Source of the DNA: Candidatus Thorarchaeota archaeon
Lineage (GTDB): Archaea > Asgardarchaeota > Heimdallarchaeia > Hodarchaeales > Hodarchaeaceae
Length of the DNA stretch: 32,000 bases
Direction: 5' to 3'
Assembly (NCBI GenBank): GCA_048882505.1
Contig: JBHLRO010000003.1
Location: forward strand, 180,001 to 212,000
A program made the position numbers and the translations under genes. The notes under the pieces were generated by a model. The model was not told the origin of the DNA and searched no databases. It was given only the letters and a program-made list of their open reading frames with translations. Positions 1-8,768 of the stretch are shown here, piece after piece (within the stretch, counting starts at the first letter, position 1; each line of letters opens with the position of its first letter).

Positions 1-269
1 GAATGAATGATGGTTTAATTGTATTGAATGTAAGTAATCCCCTCAATCCTCTAGAGATAGGTCGTTACTATGAAGGAGGGAGGATTAATAGCGCGTATGT
101 AGTGAATGATTTGGTTTATGTTGCAGATCAAGACAATGGACTTATAATCTTAAATATGAAGTCCTCAACTGAAGCGAAATGGCCTTTCCAAACCACATTT
201 GTACCTGAGATAGCGGTTGTCTGTGTCATTCTCTTGATGGCTTTCACAAGAAAGCAAAAGACTGCTTAA
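1..269 (+). CDS. LVIVD-repeat (beta-propeller) surface protein, C-terminal part; runs off the left edge
   Basis: Repeat-like segments GLIVLNVSNPLNPLEIGRY and LVYVADQDNGLIILN match the LVIVD pattern. Ends in a hydrophobic helix (IAVVCVILLMAF) and basic tail (TRKQK). Confidence 0.8.
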   Translation, partial: MNDGLIVLNVSNPLNPLEIGRYYEGGRINSAYVVNDLVYVADQDNGLIILNMKSSTEAKWPFQTTFVPEIAVVCVILLMAFTRKQKTA

Positions 270-308
270 ATCATCCGTTTTTGGTTAACTGGAAAAATTT
301 CAACTCCT

Positions 309-530
309 TTATAAATTATAATTTGCTCTTAATGCACCTAATCCTTCTTCAAAATGTTCTAGTTTGCATACTGGAAAAACTGGAAAACGAATACCATCCT
401 TCTCTGGTACCCAAGCCAAAGCGATCTGAAAATGGGTAGCCCCTGTTTCATTCACTATTTCACTAGTGTCCTCTGCTGTTTCCCAATTTTTCATAGTATT
501 CCTATCTGCCTGGAAAGGCTGCAGCTAGGG
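309..530 (-). pseudogene. Aldo-keto reductase C-terminal remnant
   Basis: KNWETAEDTSEIVNETGATHFQIALAWV...KLEHFEEGLGAL resembles the AKR C-terminus (gvTpAQiALAWl...leHleEnlgAl). An in-frame TAG lies about 12 codons upstream of the ATG at 494, and there is no room for the N-terminal barrel before the next gene. Confidence 0.55.
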
Positions 531-641
531 ACAAACATTGTCAATTGCCCTCGGACGAGATAGTAATCATCCCTTCCCCATATTCTCCCGACCTAATAGA
601 GGGGTAGAAGTTGGTATCCCGATAATATAAATACCATTTAC

Positions 642-2087
642 TTGGAGAAGATCAGTGTAGAGAATTGGTTCACTACCCTTTCTCTTTTCGATTTGATTCC
701 CTTGAAGAGAAATAAGCTTTTGGAAGTCATTCAACGGGCGGAAACTGGGCCCATTACATTAGAAAAGCACTTCGATCTCAAAGTCTTGAATGCTAAGGTC
801 AAGGAAGTCGTGAAAGAGTACGACATTCGATTTTCAGATGATCCCACAATAGTTATCCCTAGTGATAATAGCCTAGCGGACTCTTTGTTTCAAGCAGCGG
901 TAGATCTCTATTTAGAGACTGGTACATATTGTATGAGCAACCATCGACAGATAATATTTGAGGAAGCAGAGATTAGAGGAGCTTTCAGGAATGCGCCTGC
1001 GGAAATTACGTTTGGTGCAGGTTCCGACACGCGAAACATGAAAAATCGGAAAGTAGAGGATACTACACCCCCACTGTGCTTGACCTCGGGCGGAGGGGAA
1101 ATTTCGGAGGAAATATATGTTCAATTGATCCAAAGTTATGCGCAAGAGCCACTAGCAGACACGGTTAGTGGAGGGTTTCCGCTTCATAAAATCAGCGGGA
1201 TGGACCCAAAGCCAGGCACGCCTGCAGAGGTTTTAGCATCGATATATAATATCAAATATGCTAAAGAAGGTGCTAGGCTTGCCGGTCGTCCTTCCATTGG
1301 TTTTCATAACCTATTGGGCAGCGCCCTCTCCGCCTCGGGATATATTGCAGCCACTCAACCAGAATATGGAGTTCGACCAGTCGATGGAAACCTCATAGCA
1401 TCAATGGCTGAACTCAAGACGGACTTCGCCCAATTATCAAAGGCGCTATATTATACAGAACGAAACAATGTCCTCATAGGTGCAGTGTACGTGCCACTAA
1501 TGGGCGGATACGCGGGGGGACCTGAAGGAACGGCTGTGGTGACGCTAGCCCATCATTTTCAGGGACTTATGGTGCATAATGTAGCATATTCTGATTTTCC
1601 TGTATTGCATTTACAGCATTCTTGCAGTACCGCCCGAGAAACCCTGTGGATAGCTGGAATTGTAGGGCAGGCACTCAGTCGAAACACCCATCTTCTTTCC
1701 GCAACTGAAGCCATTACTGCTGCTGGTCCCTGTACGGAAATGTGCTTGTATGAAGTTGCTGCAAATGCAGTCATAGGGGCCGTTTCGGGGATTCACATTA
1801 ATAGTGCCAGCGCGGCCAAAAGTCAGTATTTAGATCGAGAATCAGGAATGGAAGCCCGAATTGGCTGTGAAGTCGGCCATGCTGCGACTGGAATGAAAAG
1901 GGATAGCGCCAATGAACTAGTTAACGCAATTCTAGCTAAATATGAACCTTCATTGGGAAAAGCTCCTCTGGGCAAAACTTTTCAGGAATGTTACGATTTG
2001 AAGACGTTACAACCTTCTAATGAGCATACTGGCATTTATAATCAGGTTAAAAAAGAATTACACGATCTGGGCCTTAATTTTTCTTGA
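642..2087 (+). CDS. mtmB: Monomethylamine methyltransferase MtmB-family protein, pyrrolysine-free (paralog 1)
   Basis: MtmB motifs RAETGP, AGRP, ELK, PLMGGYAGGPEGT, AGPCTEMCL, GMEAR and GKTFQECYD. The ORF is uninterrupted. His (CAT 1305-1307), or the following Asn, sits where MtmB has the amber/Pyl codon. The true start is probably TTG 693 or 702, by comparison with paralog 2. Confidence 0.9.
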   Translation: MEKISVENWFTTLSLFDLIPLKRNKLLEVIQRAETGPITLEKHFDLKVLNAKVKEVVKEYDIRFSDDPTIVIPSDNSLADSLFQAAVDLYLETGTYCMSNHRQIIFEEAEIRGAFRNAPAEITFGAGSDTRNMKNRKVEDTTPPLCLTSGGGEISEEIYVQLIQSYAQEPLADTVSGGFPLHKISGMDPKPGTPAEVLASIYNIKYAKEGARLAGRPSIGFHNLLGSALSASGYIAATQPEYGVRPVDGNLIASMAELKTDFAQLSKALYYTERNNVLIGAVYVPLMGGYAGGPEGTAVVTLAHHFQGLMVHNVAYSDFPVLHLQHSCSTARETLWIAGIVGQALSRNTHLLSATEAITAAGPCTEMCLYEVAANAVIGAVSGIHINSASAAKSQYLDRESGMEARIGCEVGHAATGMKRDSANELVNAILAKYEPSLGKAPLGKTFQECYDLKTLQPSNEHTGIYNQVKKELHDLGLNFS

Positions 2088-2313
2088 TTAGTTGACTCTG
2101 GTTTGGTAGAAGGTAAGTAAATTTAGGACCTAGGGCATTGTACAAAGGCTCCCCGATGACTTCGGAGTATCAATGCGTGTGAGGTATGTTCAATGCACCC
2201 AATCTGTATTTTGGTCAGATAGTAACTATAAACGGATAGATTTTAATATCTAGGATCTCTCCGTATTTAATAAAGTAAAAATATGACCGTCCTTCTAATT
2301 GGATGTAGATTCT

Positions 2314-2703
2314 ATGACAATTCTCTGGGACACACTGTCAGAAAAACAGCAGGAATGGCTATACACTCTCATTAGCTTTCTTATTGTACTTATCACTCTT
2401 GTACGGATCTTTACATCACCATCTGATTTTGCCTCGTTAGCATTAGTTTATTTATTTCTTGGTCTCTTCGTTGGATATTTCTTCTTTATCAAAGGGAGAT
2501 TCAAATTATTGGGACGTCCTTTGGTTCAGCGATGTTCTCGATGTCATACTCAGATGTTCGCGAAGTACAAGGGTACCTTCTATTGTTCAACACATTTAGA
2601 AGAAAAAATATCCCAGATCCAAGCCGAAAAAGGAAAATTAGGGAGAACGGAAAAAAGATTCTTGAAAAAAATCCAGTCCAGCAAACGAGAAGTGACCACC
2701 TGA
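2314..2703 (+). CDS. Small membrane protein with cytoplasmic C-x2-C-x13-C-x2-H zinc-finger-like motif
   Basis: Two hydrophobic segments, then CSRC (2533-2544) and CSTH (2584-2595) and a Lys-rich tail. ATG at 2314 preferred over TTG 2299. Confidence 0.7.
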   Translation: MTILWDTLSEKQQEWLYTLISFLIVLITLVRIFTSPSDFASLALVYLFLGLFVGYFFFIKGRFKLLGRPLVQRCSRCHTQMFAKYKGTFYCSTHLEEKISQIQAEKGKLGRTEKRFLKKIQSSKREVTT

Positions 2704-2790
2704 GCGATACGCTATTGAGGGGGTACGGTATGACACATAGCTTTTGTATTTATTCCAATTTCCCAATATTCGTAGTAAGAAGATTTAGAA

Positions 2791-4179
2791 TTAATAGATA
2801 AACGGAACCCCAATATCCTGAAGTCCTTTTTTGGTTTTACGATAGAGATCCGTATATTCCTGAGTAGGTTTAACCTTTCTCACATCATAACACTCTCTAA
2901 AGTGCTTCCCCTTGGGTGCCGTTGGGATTTTTTCTTCATAAAGATCAAGGAGAGCAAGAGTGAGCTCATTCGCATCGTTACGGGATATATTTTCCTTTGC
3001 TACCCCGCAGCCTACCTCTGCGGCAATTCGAGCTTCCAGGGGTGTTGCATAATTCTTGTATTTATTGAAAGCAACTCCAATTTCCCATAAATTCGCTCCA
3101 GATACAACTGATACTAGCCCGTGTGTTGCTGCCTCATGCAACACCATTTCTGTACAGGGACCTGCAGCTGTGAATCCTCCAGACATGGATATTAGATTGC
3201 TATTTCGAGCTAATGCTTGGTAAGAGGCAGAAATCACCCATAAGAGTTCTCGCATGGTATTACAAGTACTGTATTTCAAATGAAAAGGAAAATACACCAT
3301 AAAATGTGCCTGATTGACCATCAAACTCTGAATATGATATGCAATCCCAACAATGGCAGTTCCCTCTGGGCCGCCCGCGTAACCCCCCATAATAGGACCC
3401 GCCAGTGCGCAGATAAAACACCCATAAGTGTGAAAGTGTACCATTTTATTTAAGAGAGAATTATTCACCTTCAACTCGGTAACACTAGCAACAAATCGAC
3501 CGTCCGTTAACCGCTCTCCCCATTCAGGATTGCTCGCCGCAATTTGGGCAGCATCAGATTCCGCGGTTCCCACACTTTTCAAGAATATGCCTGGGCGGCC
3601 CGCACGTCGTGCGGCCTCTCGAAACATCATGGCATGAGCGACCGAGCCCTTAAGTTCAGAAGGATATCCCGATCGAATGGGCATTCCTTCAATCTCCTCG
3701 AGGATGGGGGCGCATACTCCATCAGCCAGTGGTTCTTGTACGTATGCCATTGACATTGGAACAAAGAGGTCTTCATCACAAGTAATATCCGGTGAGAAGA
3801 GGCAGTAAGGCCTTTGAGAATCCTCGATTTTCCTAGCTGTAATCTCTCTGGAGTCCCGTCCAAAACCAACGGTAAATTTTCCTGGGAAGTTTCCCAAAGC
3901 CTCATGGATTTCTTCCTCAGAAAATAGGATTCGACGGTAGGTATCAGTGCAAAGGGTTCCGACTTCTAAATAGAAGTCCCACGCGGCCTCCCAAAGTCGA
4001 TCCGCTAAGTGGTTATCGGCTGGGATAGGTTGGGTACGATCGAAGTTTATGTCGTAGTCTTGGATGACCCGGTGAAGGGCTGGTACCAAGAGTTTCAGGT
4101 CAAAATCCTTTTCCAAGCAAACAGGGCCAGTTTGGGCCCGATCTAGGATCTCGTTAATCCGCCACGGAGGGGTTACCAT
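2791..4179 (-). CDS. mtmB: Monomethylamine methyltransferase MtmB-family protein, pyrrolysine-free (paralog 2)
   Basis: Motifs DRAQTGP, CTDTYR, AGRPG, ELK, PIMGGYAGGPEGT, AGPCTEM, EAR and GKHFRECYDV. The ORF is uninterrupted, with Lys (AAA, 3577-3579) at the Pyl-equivalent position. Confidence 0.92.
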   Translation of the reverse strand: MVTPPWRINEILDRAQTGPVCLEKDFDLKLLVPALHRVIQDYDINFDRTQPIPADNHLADRLWEAAWDFYLEVGTLCTDTYRRILFSEEEIHEALGNFPGKFTVGFGRDSREITARKIEDSQRPYCLFSPDITCDEDLFVPMSMAYVQEPLADGVCAPILEEIEGMPIRSGYPSELKGSVAHAMMFREAARRAGRPGIFLKSVGTAESDAAQIAASNPEWGERLTDGRFVASVTELKVNNSLLNKMVHFHTYGCFICALAGPIMGGYAGGPEGTAIVGIAYHIQSLMVNQAHFMVYFPFHLKYSTCNTMRELLWVISASYQALARNSNLISMSGGFTAAGPCTEMVLHEAATHGLVSVVSGANLWEIGVAFNKYKNYATPLEARIAAEVGCGVAKENISRNDANELTLALLDLYEEKIPTAPKGKHFRECYDVRKVKPTQEYTDLYRKTKKGLQDIGVPFIY

Positions 4180-4395
4180 TGTTCTTACCTGGTCTCAGGT
4201 TTTTAATAACCAAATTGTCCACGTTTACCCGGGTGTACTCTTGGTTAACGCTCGCCATCTATAAAGATTCTGTTGATTCTTGGATAGATTTGGTAGGGTC
4301 AGCCTTTATAATATGGTTCAAGAAAAAAGATTTCGGAAAATCCAGGGCTACAGAAAATAGGATCCTCCTCTGGTTGGAATTGGCAGATAGATTAG

Positions 4396-4920
4396 GTGAA
4401 AATTAACATGACGATTATAGGCATTCTTTCGGACACTCACGATAATTTGATCGCGATCAAAAGAGCGGTAGAGGTGTTTAAAGCTCATGATGTCGAGATG
4501 GTGTTTCACGCGGGGGATTTCGTGGCACCTTTCGCTTTGCTTCCACTATTCGAATTTCCATGCCGATTAGTTTTGGGGAACAATGATGGTGAAATTCGTT
4601 TGCTTCGCAAACGAGTCAAAGAACATTCTGATAGCGTGTTGGAAGGTGTTTTGCTTATTGAAGAAATAAACGGCAAACGTATTGCATTGACCCACGGGCA
4701 TCACACGCAGGTTTTTACAACGATTCTGACTTCCGGCTCATTTGATGTCGTAATTAGTGGGCATACGCATCAACAAAAAGATGAAGTTCTCTCAAATCAA
4801 ACCCTTCATATCAATCCAGGTGAAGGTGGTGGATGGATTAGTGGAAGGGCATCGGTTGCGATCCTTGATTTGACCTCACTCGAAAGAAAGTTCATTAACA
4901 CCTGGCAATATAACATTTAA
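4396..4920 (+). CDS. Metallophosphoesterase, MJ0936/YfcE family
   Basis: Calcineurin-like motifs SDTH, HAGD, GNND, THGH, GHTH and NPG in the expected order. Confidence 0.92.
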   Translation: MKINMTIIGILSDTHDNLIAIKRAVEVFKAHDVEMVFHAGDFVAPFALLPLFEFPCRLVLGNNDGEIRLLRKRVKEHSDSVLEGVLLIEEINGKRIALTHGHHTQVFTTILTSGSFDVVISGHTHQQKDEVLSNQTLHINPGEGGGWISGRASVAILDLTSLERKFINTWQYNI

Positions 4921-4948
4921 GGTCTTTCTGGCTTCCTTTAGTCTTCCT

Positions 4949-5263
4949 TTAGTCTTCTATTGCCGCGATTTTATCTTCCATCTGTCGGGGTTTATCTCGG
5001 CGATCATCGATTCGAAGGTGAGTGACCACTCGATCCGCGCCTGCATCAATGATGGCCTCGTGGGCCGACCTTGTCACAGAAAGGACTTGATCTAAGGAAT
5101 CTGCCTCAATCACGGTCCCCATCGGATGGTGAATAACACGAATGTCAGGAAATCCATCGATTTGTTTCACGGCTTGCTTGACATACTTACTGAGGCTGGT
5201 TCCTACCCCAACCGGAAAGGTGCTTAGTTCAGCAATGATTTTGGATTTCAAACTATCAGCCAC
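4949..5263 (-). CDS. MTH1187/thiamine-binding protein family (UPF0045)
   Basis: ELSTFPVGVGTSLSKYV, HPMGTVIEAD and RIDDRRDK...MEDK match the family pattern; 104 aa. Confidence 0.88.
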   Translation of the reverse strand: MADSLKSKIIAELSTFPVGVGTSLSKYVKQAVKQIDGFPDIRVIHHPMGTVIEADSLDQVLSVTRSAHEAIIDAGADRVVTHLRIDDRRDKPRQMEDKIAAIED

Positions 5264-5347
5264 CTATTTTTTGTCATTATGTTCATTCATTGGCGATTTC
5301 TTCCTAGCTAATTGCATCTTCTTGATTAATGTTTTTTCTAACTCCTA

Positions 5348-6718
5348 TCAAATCCCTTCAGATGATGGTATGCTCCGTCTTTTCCTTCGGATGGCGAATA
5401 CAAGAAAACAAATCCCTACCAATGGTGCCAACCAAGATAGGTTGGTTGATCGGGCAGCCCCCACATGTAATATAATCGTGGAGGAACTTTGATCCCCATC
5501 TTGGTCCCGAACTACTGCTGTGAAGTTATAAACTCCTGCTGTATCTAATGTGATTTGATGCTGGATTAGCTCTTTTTCCCACGGTGACTCCGCGATATTC
5601 GACCCATTTTGGTAGATTTGATACGACATCGGGTTCGAAGAAACCGCCCGCCAGCGTAACGAAACGGCCGTATTAACTAATACTGTTGTATTCCGCATGT
5701 CCGATACAATAACGGGAATCGGAACGTTTGGGAATTCGGAGTCATTTATGGGGGATGTGTCAAGAAACACTTCTGCCCAATCAGAAAAAGAATCTTGGTC
5801 TGTATCTTCCGATATAATATCTGTCCCCTGGATATACTCATCAAAATTTCGCAGACCATCATCATCCTTGTCCTCATGTGAATCATTTTCGTTCGGATTA
5901 AGTTCATAACGATGCTCATAGTAATTGGGCATGTTATCTCCATCTGCATCATTCAAATCAAACCGATAACGCGTAGCATTAATTCGTCCGAAATTGACTT
6001 CATCACATGGGAGATTGTTCTTATTCCACCCATTATTATGCATCTTGATTAGATCAGAATAATTCATGAAGGAAAGGGATTGATTTCCATACCATGAATC
6101 GTCTACAACACCCTCTGGTCCGTGAGCCGCTCCAAATAGATGGCCTACCTCGTGAAGAAGTATTAATTGTCGGGATGTCCAATCTAGAGGTTGATAGTGT
6201 GCAATGATGAGGGCATTTCCGTAAACTGCATTGACCCGATTGTGCCCGCCCAGATAGTACTCTTGATAGATGATTAGCCAATCATAACCGTTGCCATTGA
6301 CTCGCGGATCTGTAATACCTGATGAATCCTGCCACGAAATTTGACTTGTTACCTTTTCGAGACTTACATCCAATGAGTCATTTTCGCCGGGATCATATGT
6401 TGTGATACCTTTGACCTGCAAGGAAACGCCGAACTTTGTCTCAAATGGTTTTAACCAATCCTCAAATTGTGTTATAACGGCACCTTCATCAGGGAAATAT
6501 TTTCCTTCTCCGAGCAGGTTAATATCTAATGCTACAAGGATCGTACTAGTGCCATCTGGCTCATACCGATTGTATTCGGTTATAATAGGAACTTCGTTAC
6601 CTGTATATAGTGTTCTTGTTGGTATCGCAGATATTATTGCCCCGTTGAGCATCAGATAACTAACTACTAGCAGAATGGAAGGTATTAGTACCTTATGTAA
6701 GCTGCTTCCTCTTTTCAT
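5348..6718 (-). CDS. Membrane-anchored zinc metalloprotease (metzincin) with DxDxDG calcium-binding repeats and Ig-like domain
   Basis: N-terminal hydrophobic signal; HEVGHLFGAAH (6122-6154) with Met-turn SFMNY; three DxDxD repeats (about 5780-5950); beta-rich domain with YNFTAVVRD; C-terminal helix plus RRKRR. Start ATG 6718 preferred over 6745. Confidence 0.85.
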   Translation of the reverse strand: MKRGSSLHKVLIPSILLVVSYLMLNGAIISAIPTRTLYTGNEVPIITEYNRYEPDGTSTILVALDINLLGEGKYFPDEGAVITQFEDWLKPFETKFGVSLQVKGITTYDPGENDSLDVSLEKVTSQISWQDSSGITDPRVNGNGYDWLIIYQEYYLGGHNRVNAVYGNALIIAHYQPLDWTSRQLILLHEVGHLFGAAHGPEGVVDDSWYGNQSLSFMNYSDLIKMHNNGWNKNNLPCDEVNFGRINATRYRFDLNDADGDNMPNYYEHRYELNPNENDSHEDKDDDGLRNFDEYIQGTDIISEDTDQDSFSDWAEVFLDTSPINDSEFPNVPIPVIVSDMRNTTVLVNTAVSLRWRAVSSNPMSYQIYQNGSNIAESPWEKELIQHQITLDTAGVYNFTAVVRDQDGDQSSSTIILHVGAARSTNLSWLAPLVGICFLVFAIRRKRRSIPSSEGI

Positions 6719-6853
6719 GACAACCACGGTCACGGGGACGATCAACTATCTTCATTGGAGTATTCAAAATCATCGACGGAGAGGAATCCAAAAATTTTTC
6801 TTAGCTAACGTCATATCGTCGAGAATTCTCTCAGACTGGCCCATATGATAGAG

Positions 6854-6860
6854 TTTATAA
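6854..6860 (+). promoter_or_regulatory. TATA box of the ABC exporter operon
   Basis: TTTATAA 67 nt upstream of the GTG at 6927, immediately before the tandem operator. Confidence 0.65.
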
Positions 6861-6864
6861 GCAA

Positions 6865-6905
6865 ATGTTAGAAATACATAACATGATGTTAGAAATATTC
6901 AACAT
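6865..6905. promoter_or_regulatory. Tandem palindromic operator, 2 x ATGTTA-N8-(T/C)AACAT
   Basis: 6865-6884 ATGTTAGAAATACATAACAT and 6886-6905 ATGTTAGAAATATTCAACAT. The first 12 nt are identical, each unit is an inverted repeat, and the period is 21 bp. Confidence 0.75.
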
Positions 6906-6926
6906 TTCTCATCGGGGTTCCATCTA

Positions 6927-7664
6927 GTGATAGAGGTTAAGAATCTTTCAAAAGAGTTTAATGGATTCACTGCGATTAGGAATATTAGTTTTCGCATAAA
7001 TGAAGGAGAAATTTTTGCATATCTTGGTCCCAACGGTGCGGGAAAGACCACCACTATAAATATCGTGGCTACGCTGCTTTTGCCATCATCAGGTACGGCA
7101 AAAGTTGCTGGATATGATGTAACAAAAGAGGGATTGAAGGTCAGACGGTTAATCGGGTATTCTCCTGATGATTTTGGACTTTATCCAACCTTAACGATTT
7201 TTGGAAATCTCGATTTCAGCGGTGCTCTATATGGGATCAGGAAGAACGCGAGAAGAAAGAAAATCAAGAAATTACTTGAGTTTTTCACGTTAGAAGATAA
7301 GAAAAATACCCCTATATCAGCACTGTCAAAAGGGATGAAGCAGAAAGTAAATTTGGCAAGAGCATTAATCCATAATCCTAGGATATTGTTACTTGACGAA
7401 CCTACATCAGGTCTTGATCCAGTCATGGCAAAAGAAGTCATGTCACTGATATCCGGGTTGAAAAAAGAAGGTAAAACCATACTTATGACAACCCATCTTT
7501 TATCTAGGGCAGAAAAAGTATGTGATACGGTAGCTGTCATCAATGAGGGGAAAATACTAGACGTAGGAAACTTAATTGACGTTAAGACGAGATTAAAACA
7601 ATCTACGCTAGAAGACGTTTACTTTTCCCTATTAGGTGAGGACGCTGAATTCCGCGGTAACTGA
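6927..7664 (+). CDS. ABC-2 type exporter ATP-binding protein
   Basis: Walker A GPNGAGKT, signature LSKGMKQK, Walker B LLLDEPT, H-loop TTH. Confidence 0.95.
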   Translation: MIEVKNLSKEFNGFTAIRNISFRINEGEIFAYLGPNGAGKTTTINIVATLLLPSSGTAKVAGYDVTKEGLKVRRLIGYSPDDFGLYPTLTIFGNLDFSGALYGIRKNARRKKIKKLLEFFTLEDKKNTPISALSKGMKQKVNLARALIHNPRILLLDEPTSGLDPVMAKEVMSLISGLKKEGKTILMTTHLLSRAEKVCDTVAVINEGKILDVGNLIDVKTRLKQSTLEDVYFSLLGEDAEFRGN

Positions 7665-8331
7665 AATTTGTTATAAGGAACTGAAGGTACGTTTTGGATC
7701 CATGAAAGTTCTTCTGCCAATGTTAATTTCGTTGGGAATACCAGTGGTGGCTTTTATGCCGCAATTAATCGCGTTTATGTCACAAACCGACTCGGAAGCT
7801 GAATATTTCATTCTGTTATTTTTCTTGATGCTTCCCGTGATGGGAACTACTCTAGTAGGAATCACCACGTTTATCAATGAGATCAGGTGGAAAACCATTA
7901 AACCTCTCCTAGCGGCTCCAGTCTCCGAAGGAATAATCCTTCTAGGGAAGAGTTTGGCGTGCATCATTGCCGGTGTAATGATAGACGGAATCCTGTCCTT
8001 AATAATCCTTTTTTCTGGACTACCATTTCATTTATCACGGGTTTTGCTGTTATTCGTTGTGGGACCCCTTTCTGTGGTTTTTACAACGTTCCTCTTTATA
8101 CTCGGAACTTCCAAACTTCCTTCAATTGTGGAAAGCGGAGGCGTAGTTTTATTGCCCATGGGCGGATTGTTAATCATTTTTGGTATGTTTTTCCTTCTAA
8201 AAGGAGTTTTTCAGTTCGATACCGTTATCGCATATTTGTTATTGAGCGTTGGACTTCTCATGGCCATATTCGTGACATTCTTTCTTGCTCAAAGATTATT
8301 TGACCGAGAAACCTTGGTCCTTGCAGTATAG
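7636..8331 (+). CDS. ABC-2 type exporter permease
   Basis: About six hydrophobic segments and an EIRWKTIKPLLAAPVS motif (E..T...LL..P). Overlaps the ATPase stop. Confidence 0.88.
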   Translation: MRTLNSAVTEICYKELKVRFGSMKVLLPMLISLGIPVVAFMPQLIAFMSQTDSEAEYFILLFFLMLPVMGTTLVGITTFINEIRWKTIKPLLAAPVSEGIILLGKSLACIIAGVMIDGILSLIILFSGLPFHLSRVLLLFVVGPLSVVFTTFLFILGTSKLPSIVESGGVVLLPMGGLLIIFGMFFLLKGVFQFDTVIAYLLLSVGLLMAIFVTFFLAQRLFDRETLVLAV

Positions 8332-8343
8332 GGTGGTATTGTT

Positions 8344-8757
8344 ATGTCTCTCAGGAATCCAAGACTTTTCCTCATACTGATTCCCCCGTTGTTGGGATCG
8401 ATTATAGCCTTGATGGGTATATTTGGTTTTTTCTCAAGCAAAAATACTCTTGATCAGCTGTTAAGCGGTTTTTTGATTTTTCCCGGGATTTTAATCTTGA
8501 TATATTCCTATCGAGATTTTAAATACCGAAGAAAGGGAGTTACCACGATCAGACACGATGAACGGTCCGAAATAAACAGATTAAAGTCTGCTGATGCAGC
8601 TTTCAGATTTTTTTTTGTTACACTGGCATTCCTGATATTAATTAACAGCATAGGGATTATTGATGAGGTGATTTTTGTTGCTTTGACTGGACCGATTGTT
8701 GCGGGTGGTATTATCATATACTACATTGGATTTTATTGGGCGGAGAGACGGGGTTGA
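8344..8757 (+). CDS. DUF2178-like membrane protein
   Basis: Hydrophobic segments around a [11 protein letters not shown] motif, in the usual position directly before an XRE HTH gene. Confidence 0.7.
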   Translation: MSLRNPRLFLILIPPLLGSIIALMGIFGFFSSKNTLDQLLSGFLIFPGILILIYSYRDFKYRRKGVTTIRHDERSEINRLKSADAAFRFFFVTLAFLILINSIGIIDEVIFVALTGPIVAGGIIIYYIGFYWAERRG

Positions 8758-8768
8758 GGGTACCTCAA

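Noticed and set aside
2088-2313. Possible cobalamin riboswitch or C/D-box RNA near the mtmB genes
   Set aside because: No B12-box or complete C/D box pair is recognisable; only a short TAGAT/ATCTA hairpin.
642-4179. Pyrrolysine (amber) readthrough in the mtmB genes
   Set aside because: Both ORFs are continuous with sense codons at the Pyl position and end in TGA and TAA; no recoding is needed and no pyl genes are in the window.
4179-4406. 75-aa plus-strand ORF, and a 34-aa minus-strand upstream ORF overlapping the mtmB paralog 2 start
   Set aside because: Both lie in a divergent promoter region, have no motif, and are consistent with chance ORFs.
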